A stretch of DNA of 64,000 nt from Convolutriloba macropyga (taxonomy: Eukaryota). Shown one piece after another: positions 14,514 to 28,429 of this stretch (position 1 is its first letter; every line of letters begins with the position of its first letter). Location of the stretch: contig NC_134472.1 of the NCBI RefSeq assembly GCF_964194025.1, positions 52,762,001 to 52,826,000 on the forward strand, read 5' to 3'. The notes below the pieces were generated by a model. It saw only the letters and a list, made by a program, of their open reading frames with translations. It did not search any database and was not told where the DNA came from. The position numbers and the translations under genes were made by a program.

Positions 14514-15390
14514 CCCCAGTTGAGACCAGATAGTTATCTTGCAAAATTCTGCCAGAATCCTGCAAAAACTGCCCATCTTGCAAGATCTTGCAGAAAAATG
14601 GTTATCTTGCAAGACCTGGCAGAAAACTGGTTGTCTTGCTAAATCTGCCAGAAAAATAGTTATATTGCAAGATTTTTGCAATTTTGTTCCGGTCGAGTTG
14701 TCCTCTTATTGGCTCTCTTTCATTCAACACATTTCATTTTGAGCAGAAACCTACTTAAAAATAAGTTGCGTGTTTTTCAAGAAAAATAATAAATTTAAAT
14801 AGATTTTATATCTGGAAATAAGAATTATCTGACGAAAACAAATAAAAATGTGCATATGAGAACTGTTAACACAAATTAAATTACTATTGAAATCTATTTT
14901 CCTTCAACTTTATCAAGACTTACAAAACTACACTTCTAGATTACCTTTTTTGATGAAAGAAGTATGTGATATTATTCTTTGCATCTTAAACAACTTCCTT
15001 TCATTTAATTCAGCTCCTTACGCCTAAGTTTTCTTTCCAATGCCTAAAAAAAGTGATTCCTCGCAGCTTAACATTTTTTTTGAGCTTCGAAGGACTTTAG
15101 AAGAGCTTTGGCGCAAATCCCTTTCTGTCAGAATTACCCGCATTAATCAATTCATCTTGTAGGATCTTGTGCAAAAAAGTGGATATTTTAGAGGATTCTT
15201 ACAGAGAAAAGATTACCTTGTAGGATTCTGGCAGAAAATTGCTATCTTGCAAGATTCTGGCTGAAAAATAGTTATCTTGCAAGATTCTGGCAGAAAAATG
15301 GTTATGTCGCAAGTTTCTGGAAGAATGAAGGGTTATCTTGCAAGATTCTGGCAGAAATCTTGCAAGATAACCATTCCAAATCAACTAGGG
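14514..15390. mobile_element. Non-autonomous TIR element (MITE-like, CCC...GGG ends, possibly CMC/EnSpm type)
   Basis: Left end ccccagttga...gttatcttgcaaaattctgccagaatcctgcaa matches the reverse complement of the right end (ccctagttga...ggttatcttgcaagatttctgccagaatcttgcaa). About 31-bp subterminal repeats with core ttatcttgcaaga at both ends. Flanked by tg on both sides (possible 2-bp TSD). No ORF. Confidence 0.75.
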
Positions 15391-16099
15391 TGATCAAAAA
15401 GAAACATTAATTCAATGCATTTTCTTAAATTGGTTTCAATTATAGGTCAAAAATTGCTGCTGAAACGCCGTTGGTCGAAAATTGCTGCTGAATTTAATTT
15501 TCAAATTTAATTACTTATTTTCACATTTAGCTCTTTACGGAAAACTTGAAAGATTGCTGGTATAATTGCTGTTATTAAAGCCACAGTGCATTTTTTTCTA
15601 GTATCAGGTTGCAATGTTTGTCCATCTTTGTTTGGGCAAACTGATAATTGATTCAAATACTTTTTCATGTAATCATTACAAGCGTCTACCGGTACCGAAG
15701 ACCCTATTTCCGAAGAAAGTAGCTGGCGCTTTCACGTGACGACTTCCGTTCAATACGGAAAGCGCCTAAATTTTGTGAAAATGAAATGGCTTCCACAAAG
15801 CAATTATCCTTAAATTGAAAAATAGGATCGAATAAAGAAAAGTACTTCATTAAGTGAAAAGTATTTACAGGCTGTAAGGCTGTAAGAAAAATGTTTTTTT
15901 TTTAAGATTTTATAAGCTCTTCTTAGTGTTCTATTGACTTGTATGATCTACATATGCATTTTAACCAAAAATTCTCATGGTTGTTTATATTAAGCAAGAG
16001 GTTACCTATCTGTTTACAGGTCCAGTGAAATCAGAAATGATAGCGATCCAAATCTGTCCGAAAGACTTCATCTTACCTCTGATGTGACGTGTTTGTGTG

Positions 16100-16265
16100 A
16101 TGGGTGGGTCCTCTTCCAAACATCAACAGAGAGGGGTGACAGCCCCCTTGTGTCACAACTCTGCCCCCAACCTCATACTGCCTCTCGCATCCACCACATC
16201 ATCATCATCTGCCAACAACTCCCCCAAGTCTGGCCGACGAAAGCAAAAACAACGCAAAGGAACAG
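16100..16265 (+). CDS. Probable first coding exon of a host gene; N-myristoylated, polybasic N-terminus (exon 16020-16265)
   Basis: Acceptor tgtttacag|16020; in-frame upstream stop at 16085; ATG at 16100 gives MGGSSSK (MGxxxS/K myristoylation consensus), a Ser run and GRRKQKQRK; donor ag|gtcagt at 16266 (phase 1); locally GC-richer. Confidence 0.65.
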
Positions 16266-16380
16266 GTCAGTCTTATTTTTAGCCACAAATTTTCCGAGCA
16301 GACGTTGGAAGAAAACGGTGGAAGAATTGCGGCGCAGCTGAAATAAACATTTTTTCCACCAAGGCACCTGTATCTTTTAG

Positions 16381-16410
16381 ATGAGAATGCTGCGAAAGTG
16401 GTGAGTTTAT
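16381..16410 (+). CDS. Candidate micro-exon (20 or 30 nt)
   Basis: Acceptor tatcttttag|16381; two donors, gtgagt (16401) and gtaaga (16411). Continues the exon-1 frame as DENAAKV(VSL). Confidence 0.45.
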
Positions 16411-17973
16411 GTAAGAACTGAGATGAATTTTAGTTTATTTTATTTTCACTGCATTGACCTCAATTCTTACATTGTTGGAACGTCAGATTATGTCACAATA
16501 CTCTCTTATTGTTGTCTACGACAGTGGCGCGAATAATAGCAAATTCAAGCCACTTTTAGAAGCTGAGTTTAGACGCTGAAATAATGGTTGGGAATAAATG
16601 ACAACTGTTCCATGGGTACACTATTTATGTTTACGATTCAATTATCTAAAGAACAAAAAATAAATACTAATTTCACCTTCCTCATACTTTTAAAAAATTT
16701 CAGTACTACTTGTACTTCCAATCATGGTTAAATAATGTTCAAATAATTTCCATTTGTGTGGCACTATCGGTCTAAAATCAAAAACCATACTATATCTTGC
16801 GAAATTTATTCTGGTCCGTTCTAAGATCTCTAAGTTATCGTATTGAGGCTGTATCATTAATATGGCTGTAATAAAATTATAAAATAACCAGAAACCATGT
16901 CGTAAATATCTCCAGTCCAGTTTACAACAAACTTTTTTTAAAGATTTTTTCTTTTATTTGTGTTACTTGTTTGTCTTTTATTCCTTTTTTAAGCTTTGAA
17001 GCGTAAGCGATCAATAGTTTTACCACTAATGCTATTTATTTTTAATATATGAATGCTATTCGCTGCTGTAATTTTTTAATAATCATTTAGATATCTTTCT
17101 TGCACAAGAATTTGTTCGTGACAGACAAAAAAAGTGAGTGAGCACCTATCAAACTAATAAACATGCGCTGCAATCAAAAAATTTTCAGACGCCTAGCAAT
17201 TTCAGAATGAACACATACTAATCAAAATTATTTTAAAAAACTTGAATATAAGTTAGATTTATGGGTTTTATTTGTTGTAGCACTTTTGTTGTAGCGTCTC
17301 GAATTTTTACAGCTACCAGCAAAATTATAACTATTTCTTAGCTTGAAAATTCCTAGAGTGTGAGATAAAGAGTTCTATACAATTACTGCTGGCTGACTAT
17401 GTTCTATTCCAGAAACAAAAGAGACCTGAAAAAGGGAAATTTGGGGAAAAACCTGATTAACATTTCATTGTTGAAAGTTTGTGTCGTTAATTTAAGGAAA
17501 AATACTTTTATTAAGACGCCTAAACTGATAATTTACGTGCTGTAAAGATTTTTGTGACACTTAGCAGCTGAAATAATTAAATTGACAAAAATTAATCCCC
17601 AAAAACTGCATTAGAGAATTGCTTGGAAGTTTCGCTTATTGAGATGTTTCTAGATTTACGCAGGCGTTTGAGCAAATAAAGCTCATCTTTCAATCCGAGG
17701 TGCTAAATACAACAAAGTTCAAGCAAACGCTGACTTAAAAAATTTGCTGTCCCCAAATACCAACCAAGTAAGGCAAAATAAAATCAAATTAACCAATTTT
17801 TTTAAAAATTGGGGGCACGAGAACACTAATGCTACATTATTTCGTTAATTTGTTGCTGAAAGTCAATTTTGTCCATCAAAAACTCTCAAAAATTGATGAG
17901 ACATTGAGATCGATTAATAATTTTTGCGATTTTAAGAGGAAAAATAGAAATAAAACAAAAAATTTTCGAAGAC

Positions 17974-20834
17974 TTTCACACTCTTAGGAAATACACAACG
18001 AAAATGTTTGAGTAATTTGATGCCTTCTATTCAAAACTGACAAACTTTGAACAATAAAATGATGACAAGCTTGTACGAATTAAAACTTCAAATTCTTTAA
18101 AACTGAAGAAATTCAAATAAAAAAAACTTTAAGAGACAGTTTTTTTATATTTATTGTTGAATTCAACACTCAAAGTCCAACATTTCATAGATACAACACC
18201 CAAAATCACCCCAAAAGTTTTCTACTTGAAATTATCTTATTTGGTTTTTGAAACATTTCAAAATTTCAAGAAGATGTGTGCTTTTCATGCAGTGTGTAAT
18301 TTGAAGAAATATATATATCTGATTGTAGAAATTAAACTGGGAAAAACGGATCAAGCCAGTACAGAATTCAAAAGTGCGCCAAAATCAGGATTTTAAAATT
18401 AAACAAACTGTTATCTGAAGTTCTTTTTCAGTTATTTTGGTAAAAGTTTGTAAATGTTTTGTAAATGTTTTTTTACGTTTCCTTAAAAAATTTTAACAAC
18501 CAGAAAGTCATTTGTAAGAACTAGTCTCAAAAAACTAAAATTTCGTTTGCAGAAAACTTTTAACATTTTTAATACAAACTCATCACTTAACTAAACCCAA
18601 CGTCTAGATCTTCATGCTTATTGCCTCAAATATCTTTTTTTGACTGAAAAGCAATTTTTTAAAACTGATTTTCATCCGCTAGATTTTTTGATAGAATTTT
18701 TCTTTGGATTCTTTTTGGTCTCGCAGCTTTAAGATTTCGGTTTGTCTTTTTTTTGTTGATATTTTCGAATGGGTAAATGTATGAATGGGTTCTCGACTGT
18801 TTTTAGGATATATAAAGAAATCATTGAACCAAGTCTGTTGGCAGCCTGAAAAGATATTCGGGCATTTTATTGCACATAATGAACAATTTAAACATAATTC
18901 AGTACTAAAACAAATATTTTGCTCAATTCTTGATGAAAATGAATTACAGAATTTAGATTTTAACAACAATATCTGATGTTGGAAAAACTATCTAATTTTA
19001 GAGAAACATTGTCAAAGAAACATGCAGCATAAAAATTAAAGTCGAATATGAAGCCATTAGCGACCCATGAGTGACTGTCCGTTCTTGAAATTTTCATCAA
19101 AATCTAGAGGAAAAGACAGTTTTGATAAAGTTTTGACAAAGTTTTGACAAGTTGTTTTTACAAAATCTCGCGCAAACGTATTGCCATTATTGATTATTGA
19201 ATTAAATTTGCACATTTTCACTTAACCATTTTTCAACAAAGTATCATCTTCGATAATGAATTTTTAGAAATTTTAGCTTTTGACACTTTTAAACCTTAAA
19301 TTTTAATATTTTGATCTTTTCTTAAGCGATCAATCATTTTGCGAAGTTTTTTAACACAGAAAAATGGCCGGTCTTAAACCAAACATCTGATTTTTCCTGA
19401 GTTGTTTTCACACTCTTAGGAAATACACAACGAAAATGTTTGAGTAATTTGATGCCTTCTATTCAAAACTGACAAACTTTGAACAATAAAATGATGACAA
19501 GCTTGTACGAATTAAAACTTCAAATTCTTTAAAACTGAAGAAATTCAAATAAAAAAAACTTTAAGAGACAGTTTTTTTAAATTTATTGTTGAATCCAACA
19601 CTCAAAGTCCAACATTTCGTAGATACAACACCCAAAATCACCCCAAAAGTTTTCTACTTGAAATTATCTTATTTGGTTTTTGAAACATTTCAAAATTTCA
19701 AGAAGATGTGTGCTTTTCATGCAGTGTGTAATTTGAAGAAATATATATATCTGATTGTAGAAATTAAACTGGGAAAAACCGATCAAGCCAGTACAGAATT
19801 CAAAAGTGCGCCAAAATCAGTATTTAAAATTAAACAAACTGTTATCTGAAGTTCTTTTTCAGTTATTTTGGTAAAGGTTTGTAAATGTTTTGTAAAAATT
19901 TTTTTTTGCGTTTCCTTAAAAAATTTTAACAACCAGAAAGTCATTTGTAAGAACTAGTCTCAAAAAACTAAAGTTTCGTTTGCAGAAAACTTTAAACATT
20001 TTTAATACAAACTCATCACTTAACTAAACCCAACGTCTAGATCTTCATGCTTATTGCCTCAAATATCTTTTTTTGACTGAAAAGCAATTTTTTAAAACTG
20101 ATTTTCATCCGCTAGATTTTTTGATATTATTTTTCTTTGGATTCTTTTTGGTCTCGCAGCTTTAATATTTCGGTTTGTCTTTTTCTTGTTGAAATTTTCG
20201 AATGGGTAAATGTATGAATGGGTTCTTGACTGTTTTTAGGATATATAAAGAAATCATTGAACCAAGTCTGTTGGCAGCCTGAAAAGATATTCGGGCATTT
20301 TATTGCACATAATGAACAATTTAAACATAATTCAGTACTAAAACAAATATTTTGCTCAATTCTTGATGAAAATGAGTTACAGAAATTAGATTTTAACAAC
20401 AATATCTGATGTTGGAAAAACTATCTAATTTTAGAGAAACATTGTCAAAGAAACATGCAGCATAAAAATTAAAGTCGAATATGAAGCCATTAGCGACCCA
20501 TGAGTGACTGTCCGTTCTTGAAATTTTCACCAAAATCTAGAGGAAAAGACAGTTTTGATAAAGTTTTGACAAAGTTTTGACAAGTTGTTTTTACAAAATC
20601 TCGCGCAAACGTATTGCCATTATTGATTATTGAATTAAATTTGCACATTTTCACTTAACCATTTTTCAACAAAGTATCATCTTCGATAATGAATTTTTAG
20701 AAATTTTAGCTTTTGACACTTTTAAACCTTAAATTTTAATATTTTGATTTTTTCTTAAGCGATCAATCATTTTGCGAAGTTTTTTAACACAGAAAAATGG
20801 CCGGTCTTGAACCAAACATCTGATTTTTCCTGAG
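17974..20834. repeat. Tandem duplication, ~1432-bp unit, 2 copies
   Basis: tttcacactcttaggaaatacacaacg at 17974 and 19406; near-identical paired ORFs at 18154 and 19586. Confidence 0.97.
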
Positions 20835-23700
20835 CTTTTTTTCAGTAGGATCGTCTTTTCCAGCAAAAATTAACAGTTTTTGACTTCTTTTAAACCTAAA
20901 ATCTGATAATTTTTAATCCTTTGATTTAGAAAATGACTGTTTTTTACGGTATAGGAAATAAATTTTGTTACCCCTGCTAAACAAAAAACGCTGTTTGATT
21001 GTTTTTTAGGGAAAGCTTGTTTTGGAAATCACCACTATCTACCGTGCTTAAACTTTTAAATAGATCTGTTTTGATTGTCTCCCATATAAAACGATGGTAT
21101 TTGCAGTAAACAACAGTTTTTGAGGCTTCTTATACCAAAAATATGATCGTTTTCTTCAGTCAATCAGCGTTTTTGACCACAATTTAGCGAAGAGATAACA
21201 GTTTTAGACCCTTTGTGAACCAAAAATTGATCATTTTTGATTGCTTTCTCCAGAAAATTAAAATTACTGAACCTTTTCAAACATCGACTTCTACCATACC
21301 CGATTGTTTTATTTAGGAATGACCCTTTTGTTCAGCATAGAAAATGCAGTTTCTCATCCCTCCTAAGCCCAAAAACTATCTGTTTGCAATCGTTTTTTCT
21401 TTAAAAAACATTTTTTATAGCAAAAAAACTGTTTTTAATAAAGAATTTTTTGCAAATATAAGGCCGTTTTTGTCAAAAATGAAATTAGATAAAAAATTGC
21501 TTTGCGACCATTCAAGGAGGCCGGACTTTAGGCACTTTATTTTTTAGAAATCAATTTGTAATTCTGATTTTTCCATCTCAAAAGAGGTTTGCACCCAAAC
21601 GCTAAAAAAGGGTAATAAAATTTAGCAACCAAAAATGCACAAAAAAGTTTCTGCCGAGAAAAACCTTGCCTTTGTAGATTGCTCTCGATAATTTGAGATT
21701 GAATCAAAAATTGCTGCATTTTGATCACTTTGAGATGTTGTCCTGAACCCACACTGGCGGGGAAAGAATTAAATACACAACTGGATTTTTCTCCGTCAAG
21801 TTTTGCTCATCAAAATTTTTTATCGTACTATGGTTTTTAGTATAAATATTGTGTGTAGTAAGTAACATTAAACATACCGCCAAGAGTAGACTCTTTCATT
21901 TTCGAGGTTTTTTTGAATTTCAATATCTGAAAATTGATAAAATTTTGTACACTTTTACTATTATAAATGTTCAATTTATGATTTTTTGTCAGATTCTTAT
22001 TTATACTAAGACATCAAACAGCTAATTGCTTCTAATAGCTTCAAAGCAATGGCAAGGTTGTTTTTGGTTCTCATCATGTTCTTCTTTAAATCAAAAGTGT
22101 TCAATGTATCGGGGCGCCGCCATCTATTTTTTTTTGTTTTATTTCGTGTTAGCAACTGACATATCATTGTTCATATCATTAACCCAACAATGACAAATCC
22201 CATATGAAGGCCCAGGCGGAATAATACAATTTTTTCAGTTATTAGCTAAATGTTTTCATGGCTTCAACGCAGTTTTTGGAGGAAATTGTTATCAATTTTA
22301 ACGTTATGCCTGTCTTATCATCGTATAGCTTGTATTCATTAATCAGAGCTTACGTCGACGTTTTTATAAAGATACAAGCGAACCTATCTAACGCGTCCCC
22401 TTGATAGGGAATGGTTTCTTTGATTTGATTTATTTTCAAAAATATCTCTGTTCGTAAATGTCGATTTTTTTTCTTCTAATTGTAAAAATGTTTACCCGTC
22501 TAATTTATAAAAGGTCCAATCCATTTAGCTTTGAAACAAAGAATAATCTGCTTTGTAATATTTTGTTTTTTTTTAAGCTAATTCATTGCTTTGACCGTAG
22601 GTTTTAGATCAAAATTAGAATTCTCTTTGCTAGTTCTCCCTTAGTCCCACTAAAGACGATTCCGATTTCGTTAACATTATCAAATAATTGCATATAGTGT
22701 AAGGCCTCAAAATTTAGTATTTTTTAAATCTTTTTTTCTTTTTTTAAGTTTTTCCTGTGTTTGCTGAATCTTTGCTGCTACTATGCCATTAATTACGGGT
22801 CACATTGTCTCTCTGAGTTGGTACGAGTTAATTTTGGTAGTGCCGTAACAGCCTAGACTTTGAGTGTTGGCCATAAGTAATGTTTTTCTGCATAATTTTT
22901 TTTTGTTTCTTTTCTTGTCCTTTTGCTTTGTCAATTTTTCAAGGAGATTTCAGTAAACTTTTTAGTGATGCCAGTTGTCCATTTTGTTTTCTTCGCTGTT
23001 GCTTGTCATGTATTCTGAGGACGCTTAAGGCATTTTTCAGCGTGTTGTAATTCGTTTCGATAATAAACCTAATTAGTTTTCGAGTTTTTTTGTGCTCATT
23101 TTTGTTCGTATGCTGTTTTGGCAGTCAACAGTTCTCTCGTTACATTTTTGCGGTTTTTTTTATTATCATGCTTCAAGGAGCAAATCTCTTCGCGGACTTC
23201 TACCGCTCAGTTGCTGTATGAAATATCAAATGATCTCAGCGTGAGCTTGAACCCATTTTACTGCATTCTGTAAGCGTTGCATTGTGGTTGGTGTGAAAAC
23301 GGTTTTTAGAGTATGCAAGACTTACCTCAATCAATAAATATGACTTAGGCGCCCACTTATTAAATCTATGCTTAGAGTCACATAGATTTAATAAGTATGC
23401 AGAATTAATTAAATCTATGCGCAGAATCAAACTGAAATTAAATATATGTCAACCAAACTAGGTAATTATAGTGTTATGTAACATGAAAAACATTGGTGTT
23501 TCAAATTTTTCTAAAATTAAAAAAATCTGAGTAGAGAATCTCTTCTTTTTTTGCTGGTTGACAAAATTAGATATTAACTTGATAAGACTTTTTTCTTTCT
23601 GCTTGAGAAATTGCTCGAGTTGATTTCTTCTTTTCCTATCATTTTTCATTTTTTAAGTTCATTTAATGTTGGTCGTAGTGAAATGAAAAAATTTTAACTT

Positions 23701-24309
23701 TGTTGGGTTATGGACTTTCGCAAGCGGAATAAAAAGCGTTTTTAACTAAGTAAAAGAATTAATTTCTCAAAAATGAGAGAATAACAAAATGATATTTTAC
23801 AGTAGAATTTAGAGATTTACAGGAGAGATCTGATTATTAGATCAAGATGGTGATTTGAATTTGGGGATGAAAAAGGACTCAAAAATCAGCTGTATATATA
23901 CCCATTATCAGTGTGAAAAAGTCAAGATACAAAACTAATCTTAGCACCGTAATTTATAGTGGGGGTCGCAAAGGTTACCCAATATGGTTTGCTTCTGCAA
24001 ATCAGTCGCAAAGGGAACCATAAATGGAATGCATTTGCACTTTTCTAAGAATTCATTCACACTTCCGGAGATATCATCATCATTTATTACATGCTGGGAA
24101 GATTTTACATCACTTAATCTAACTCTAATAATAGTTATCTAGATTCACCAATTTGAACCGAATATTTATTCTCAGCACCATTTCTTGACGATTCATTTAT
24201 ATAATTTCTTTGATCGAAGTCATATTGCTTGTCTTTCTAATCTGGTAAGTCAAACTTTCTTTCTAATTCTCAATAAGTTTAGGACTATAGTTTGATCGAT
24301 ATTCTAACA
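23701..24309 (-). repeat. 3' LTR (609 bp)
   Basis: tgttgggtta...attctaaca; 2 substitutions relative to the 5' LTR. Confidence 0.98.
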
Positions 24310-24318
24310 CCCCCACTC
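24310..24318 (-). other. Polypurine tract
   Basis: Minus strand GAGTGGGGG abuts the 3' LTR and overlaps the pol stop codon. Confidence 0.85.
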
Positions 24319-27300
24319 AGACTTGAGCTGATTGCGTAGAGTCTGCTCCCATCAAAACTGCTCTGAATGTTTCCACTTTCGAAACGGGTAAGGACTTTGT
24401 GAAGATGTCCGCTGCCATTTTGTCTGTAGGGACGTAATGAATTAAAATAGTCCCATCCTCAGTCTTGTCATGAATGAAGTGAAACTTTGTTTCGATGTGC
24501 TTGCTCCTTTTGTGCATGACTGGGTTTTGGCAGAGTCTGATACAACTTTGGTTGTCTTCTCCGATTGCTATTGGACGTTTCTGTTGGATGCCAAAATCCT
24601 CTAGAAATTGTTTCAGGTAGAGTGCTTCCTGAACTGCTGCTGCCATGCCCTGATATTCTGCTTCTGATGAAGAAAGAGCAACTGTGGCCTGCTTCTTGAC
24701 ACCCCAGCTGAGTGCTGCGCCACGTCCGTTGAGCTTGAAGTAATAGCCCGTTGTTGATTTTCTGTCGTTCATGTCTCCAGACTAGTCTGCATCACTTTCC
24801 CCCACTAAATCATAACTAGCCTCTTTTGTGTAAGTAAGTTTTAAACCTTTTGAACCTTGAAGATATCGCAGAAGTCGTTTTCCGCACATCCAGTGTTGAT
24901 TGGTAGGTGCATTCATGTGTCTGGACAGAATGTTGACTGTGAACATGATGTCTGGCCTCGTCTGTTTGGCCAGATACAGAAGTGATCCAACCAAGCTTCT
25001 GTAGATCCTCTGGTCCACTTCTTCGTCTCCGTTCTGTGCTGTCTGAAGTTTCAAATTCAAATCAGCTGGAGTTCTTGAGGGTTTGCATTGATCCATTTGA
25101 AACCGCTCAAGCATTGTGTCTATGTAGCGTTCTTAGTCGACTGTGACTTTGCCCTCTTCTGGTCGGATTCTTAGACCCAGAAACCAGTGTAGTCTCCCTC
25201 TGTCTTCCATGTGAAAGGTTGCTTCTAGTGCCTTCTTGACATCAGAGACCACTGTCATACTTCTTGATGCTACTATGATGTCGTCAACCCAGACCAAGAT
25301 GAAGGTGTGATCCTCTGCCTCTGAACTTGCGACCAAGCAGTGATCGTTCCTGCTTCTGGTGAACCCCTGTCTCAGTAGGAAGTTTGCCAGCTCTTTGTAC
25401 CAGTTGTTAGCAGCCTGTTTCAAACCATAAATTGATTTATTCAGTCGACATACTTACTTCTCTCCATCTGATCCTCGTTTTACAAACTCCTGTGGCTGTT
25501 TCAGATACACTTTTTCCTCGATTGGTGAGTGCAGGAAAGCTGTTTTGACATCGAATTGGTGCATCACATGGCCCTGCTTCGCTGATAGCTGAAGTAGAAT
25601 CCTGAATGTCTCTGGCTTACAGGTAGGCGCAAAAGCCTCAAAGTAGTCCAGTCCTTCCGCTTGTTTGAAGCCTTTGGCCACATAGCGCGCTTTGTATTTG
25701 TCCACTTGACCACTGGGTCCCAATTTCACTTTGTAGACCCATTTGCCCGGTATGACGTCCCTATCTGTGGGTGGTCTCACTAGGTTCCAAGTCTCGTTGT
25801 CTTGGAGTGCCTTGACCTCGTCCTTCATTGCCCGGTGCCACTGGTCCCAATCGTCACCTTGCTTGGCTTCGTAGACTGTTTTGGGTTCCACATAGTCGCC
25901 CTCAGTCACAGCAAGATGGGTCCTGACTTCTCCAAAAAATTGTGAGAATAACTGTGAGAAGTCTTCTGTGTCACTGTCTTCCAGTGACTCTGAGTCTCTG
26001 TGACTCCCTCTTGTTGCAGTAGATCCTTCATCTAGTGCTGTTTCTCCAACATCCGAGGCCTCTGGTCTCAGTATTGTTTCTTGAGTATTCACGCTCCCTG
26101 CGTCATGCCACTCCTCCTTTATTTCAGTAGATGTGTCCTGTCGTTCTCTGTTGTCATCATCTTGATGACCATCATCTGGGTGCCAGATTCCCAGTTCCGA
26201 CCCATCATCTAGTAGGTCAGCCGTTTTTGTTGTTGTCAGGGATTGAGCCCACTTCAGACTCCTTGATGATCACATCTCGAACTGCCATCACCTTGCGTGT
26301 GTTGGGTATGTACACCAGGTATCCGTTTTCTCCTTCAGTGTAACCCACAAACTTTCCTTCCAGTGCCTTGGGTTCAAGTTTGCTGACTTCTCTGTCCCTC
26401 TTCCTCACTCATGAAGACTGTGCAACCACAAATAGATAATTTACTAATTGAAAGCTTAGGTTTTATACCTCTCATCAGCTCTGCTGGGCATTTTTCTTCT
26501 CCTCGTCTCACAACCAAGTTTCTGATCCTTGCTGCGTGAAGAATTGCTGCTCTCACATCATCTTGGGAAGTCCTGAGTCAATGAGCAAACATCTTGCCAT
26601 CTCCAGCAGTGTCCTGTTGCACCTCTCAGCTAAGCCATTCTGTTGTGGCGTCTCTGGTATGGTCTTTTCCTGTAGAATGCCTGCATCTAAGCAGTACGTC
26701 TTAACTGCTCTGAGAGAAATTCCTTCGCATTGTCTTGCCTCAGCTTCTTGGGCGTCCCCACACTGAGAACAAATTTCTTCAGGCTGGCCAGTGCTTCACT
26801 CTTTACCTTAAGCAAGTCCACAAACAAAAACTTCGTGTACTGGTCTGCAAACACTATGCAGAACCGGAACCCTGACAGTGATTCTACTCTGAAAGGGCCC
26901 ATCACGTCTGTGAACACCCTCTCCAGCTTCTCTTCTGCTTGGGTCTCTGCCACTCTTGGTACTGGAGTCTTTGTGATCTTGGCCAATGCACACACATTGC
27001 ATACATCATCGAGTTCCCCCACTGTCTCTGGTGCATTTCTGACTACATCCGCTTGATTCAAATGACCCAACCGTCTGTGCCACTTCCTTGCACTGTCAAG
27101 TTTCACGCTGTTGGAACTCATCTTGAATTCTAGAACGCTGCAGGGTAAGTAAAACAAATTATTTTCTTGTGTTAGTTTTACCCGAGTTCCCTTCTGGAGT
27201 TTCATGCAGCTGTTTCCTCTCTCGAAAGTGAAGCTATGTCCCCACTCCGTGCATCTTGAGACTGATAGGAGGTTTGAAGAATAGTCCGGCACACACAGAA

Positions 27301-28429
27301 CATTTTTGAGTTCGCATTGGAATTCCCCTTTGTTTGAGGGTATGCTGATCCTCACACAGCCTTTGCCCACCACTCTGGAAGCCTCTCCGTTGGGATTTCT
27401 GACCACTGATTGAATGGGCACAAAGTCCAGGAACGCATCGATGTTCGTCACTATGTGATCTGTACAACCACTGTCCACTAGCATGCCTGCTGTCTTCCAC
27501 TGGGTCAGTGCTGCCCAGCATTCCTCGTCTGGTGTAGCCAATGTTGGACCCATTGCCACTGACTCATGTTTGCCTCCATCTCTTTGTCTCTTGCATGCCC
27601 TGTCTAGGTGACCCTTCTCACCACACTTGCTGCATTGTGCTGTCTCCTTCTTCCTGCGGTCCTTGGCAAAGTGTCCAGGGATCCCACACACAAAGCAGTT
27701 TCCTTTCTTGGGTCCCTTCTTGAAGTCACGCTTCACAGCCAGTGCCACTGAACCACTTTGTCCCTTGTGTCTCTGCACCGTGCTCTCATGAAAGTTCTGC
27801 AGCCTTTTCCTCAACTCTGTGAAGTTCGTTGCCGGGTTGAAGCTTTCCTGTATAACAAAACTTTCATACCTCATTTGCAGACCATTGAGGACCAAGGCGT
27901 TGAAGAGGGTCTCTGAGACTGCTTCCCCTGCTTCTTGTAGCCTTGTGAGCAACTCCTGTCCTCTGATGAAGAAGCTGTCCAAATCCTCGGAATCCTCGAG
28001 CTGCAGTCGAGCAAGCTGTGCCACTAAAGTCACCACTGTCGGTGTCTCCACACTCTGAAATCTCTCTTGCAAAAGCTTCCAAGCCTTTGCTCCATCTCCA
28101 ATGCCATCATCTCCCACACAGTCATGTCTCATCAGCATGAGGGTTGTTGCATCTAGAGTCAGTGCCAGATGGCACCACACATTGTTCCGTTTCTCCTTGA
28201 TGTCTGCAACTTCCTTCTCATATGCATCCTTCAGCACCTTGTGGTTCTTCTTCTCATCATTGGTTGCCCCATTGGCCAGTGGCGCAGGCTCATTGGGTTG
28301 CTCCTCTGTCCCCAGTAGTGATTTGTAGAGTCCCTTCGTCTGCATCATCGCCACAAATCTTGTGCTCCAGATTGGAAAGTCCTGTGCCTTTCCTGTGTAG
28401 GTCAGCAGCTTCACTGTCTGTTGATCCAT
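24317..28429 (-). pseudogene. Copia gag-pol polyprotein, disrupted
   Basis: ATG at 28429. Zinc knuckles CFVCGIPGHFAKDR (last Cys lost) and CSKCGEKGHLDRAC; protease LVDSGCTDH; GAG-pre-integrase WHRRLGH...CNVC; integrase D-D-E (FTDVMGP, RQDNAKEF, NGLAER); RT (YKARYVAKGF, DVKTAFL, WVDD); RNase H (SSEAEY, EDNQS, ADIFTK). Nonsense codons at ~25454, 25133 and 24782; frameshifts near 26702, 26555, 26409 and ~26200. Confidence 0.95.

Noticed and set aside
24782-25456. Programmed stop read-through or alternative genetic code in pol
   Set aside because: The three stops replace different expected residues (W, Q, probably L) and accompany frameshifts, consistent with ordinary decay.
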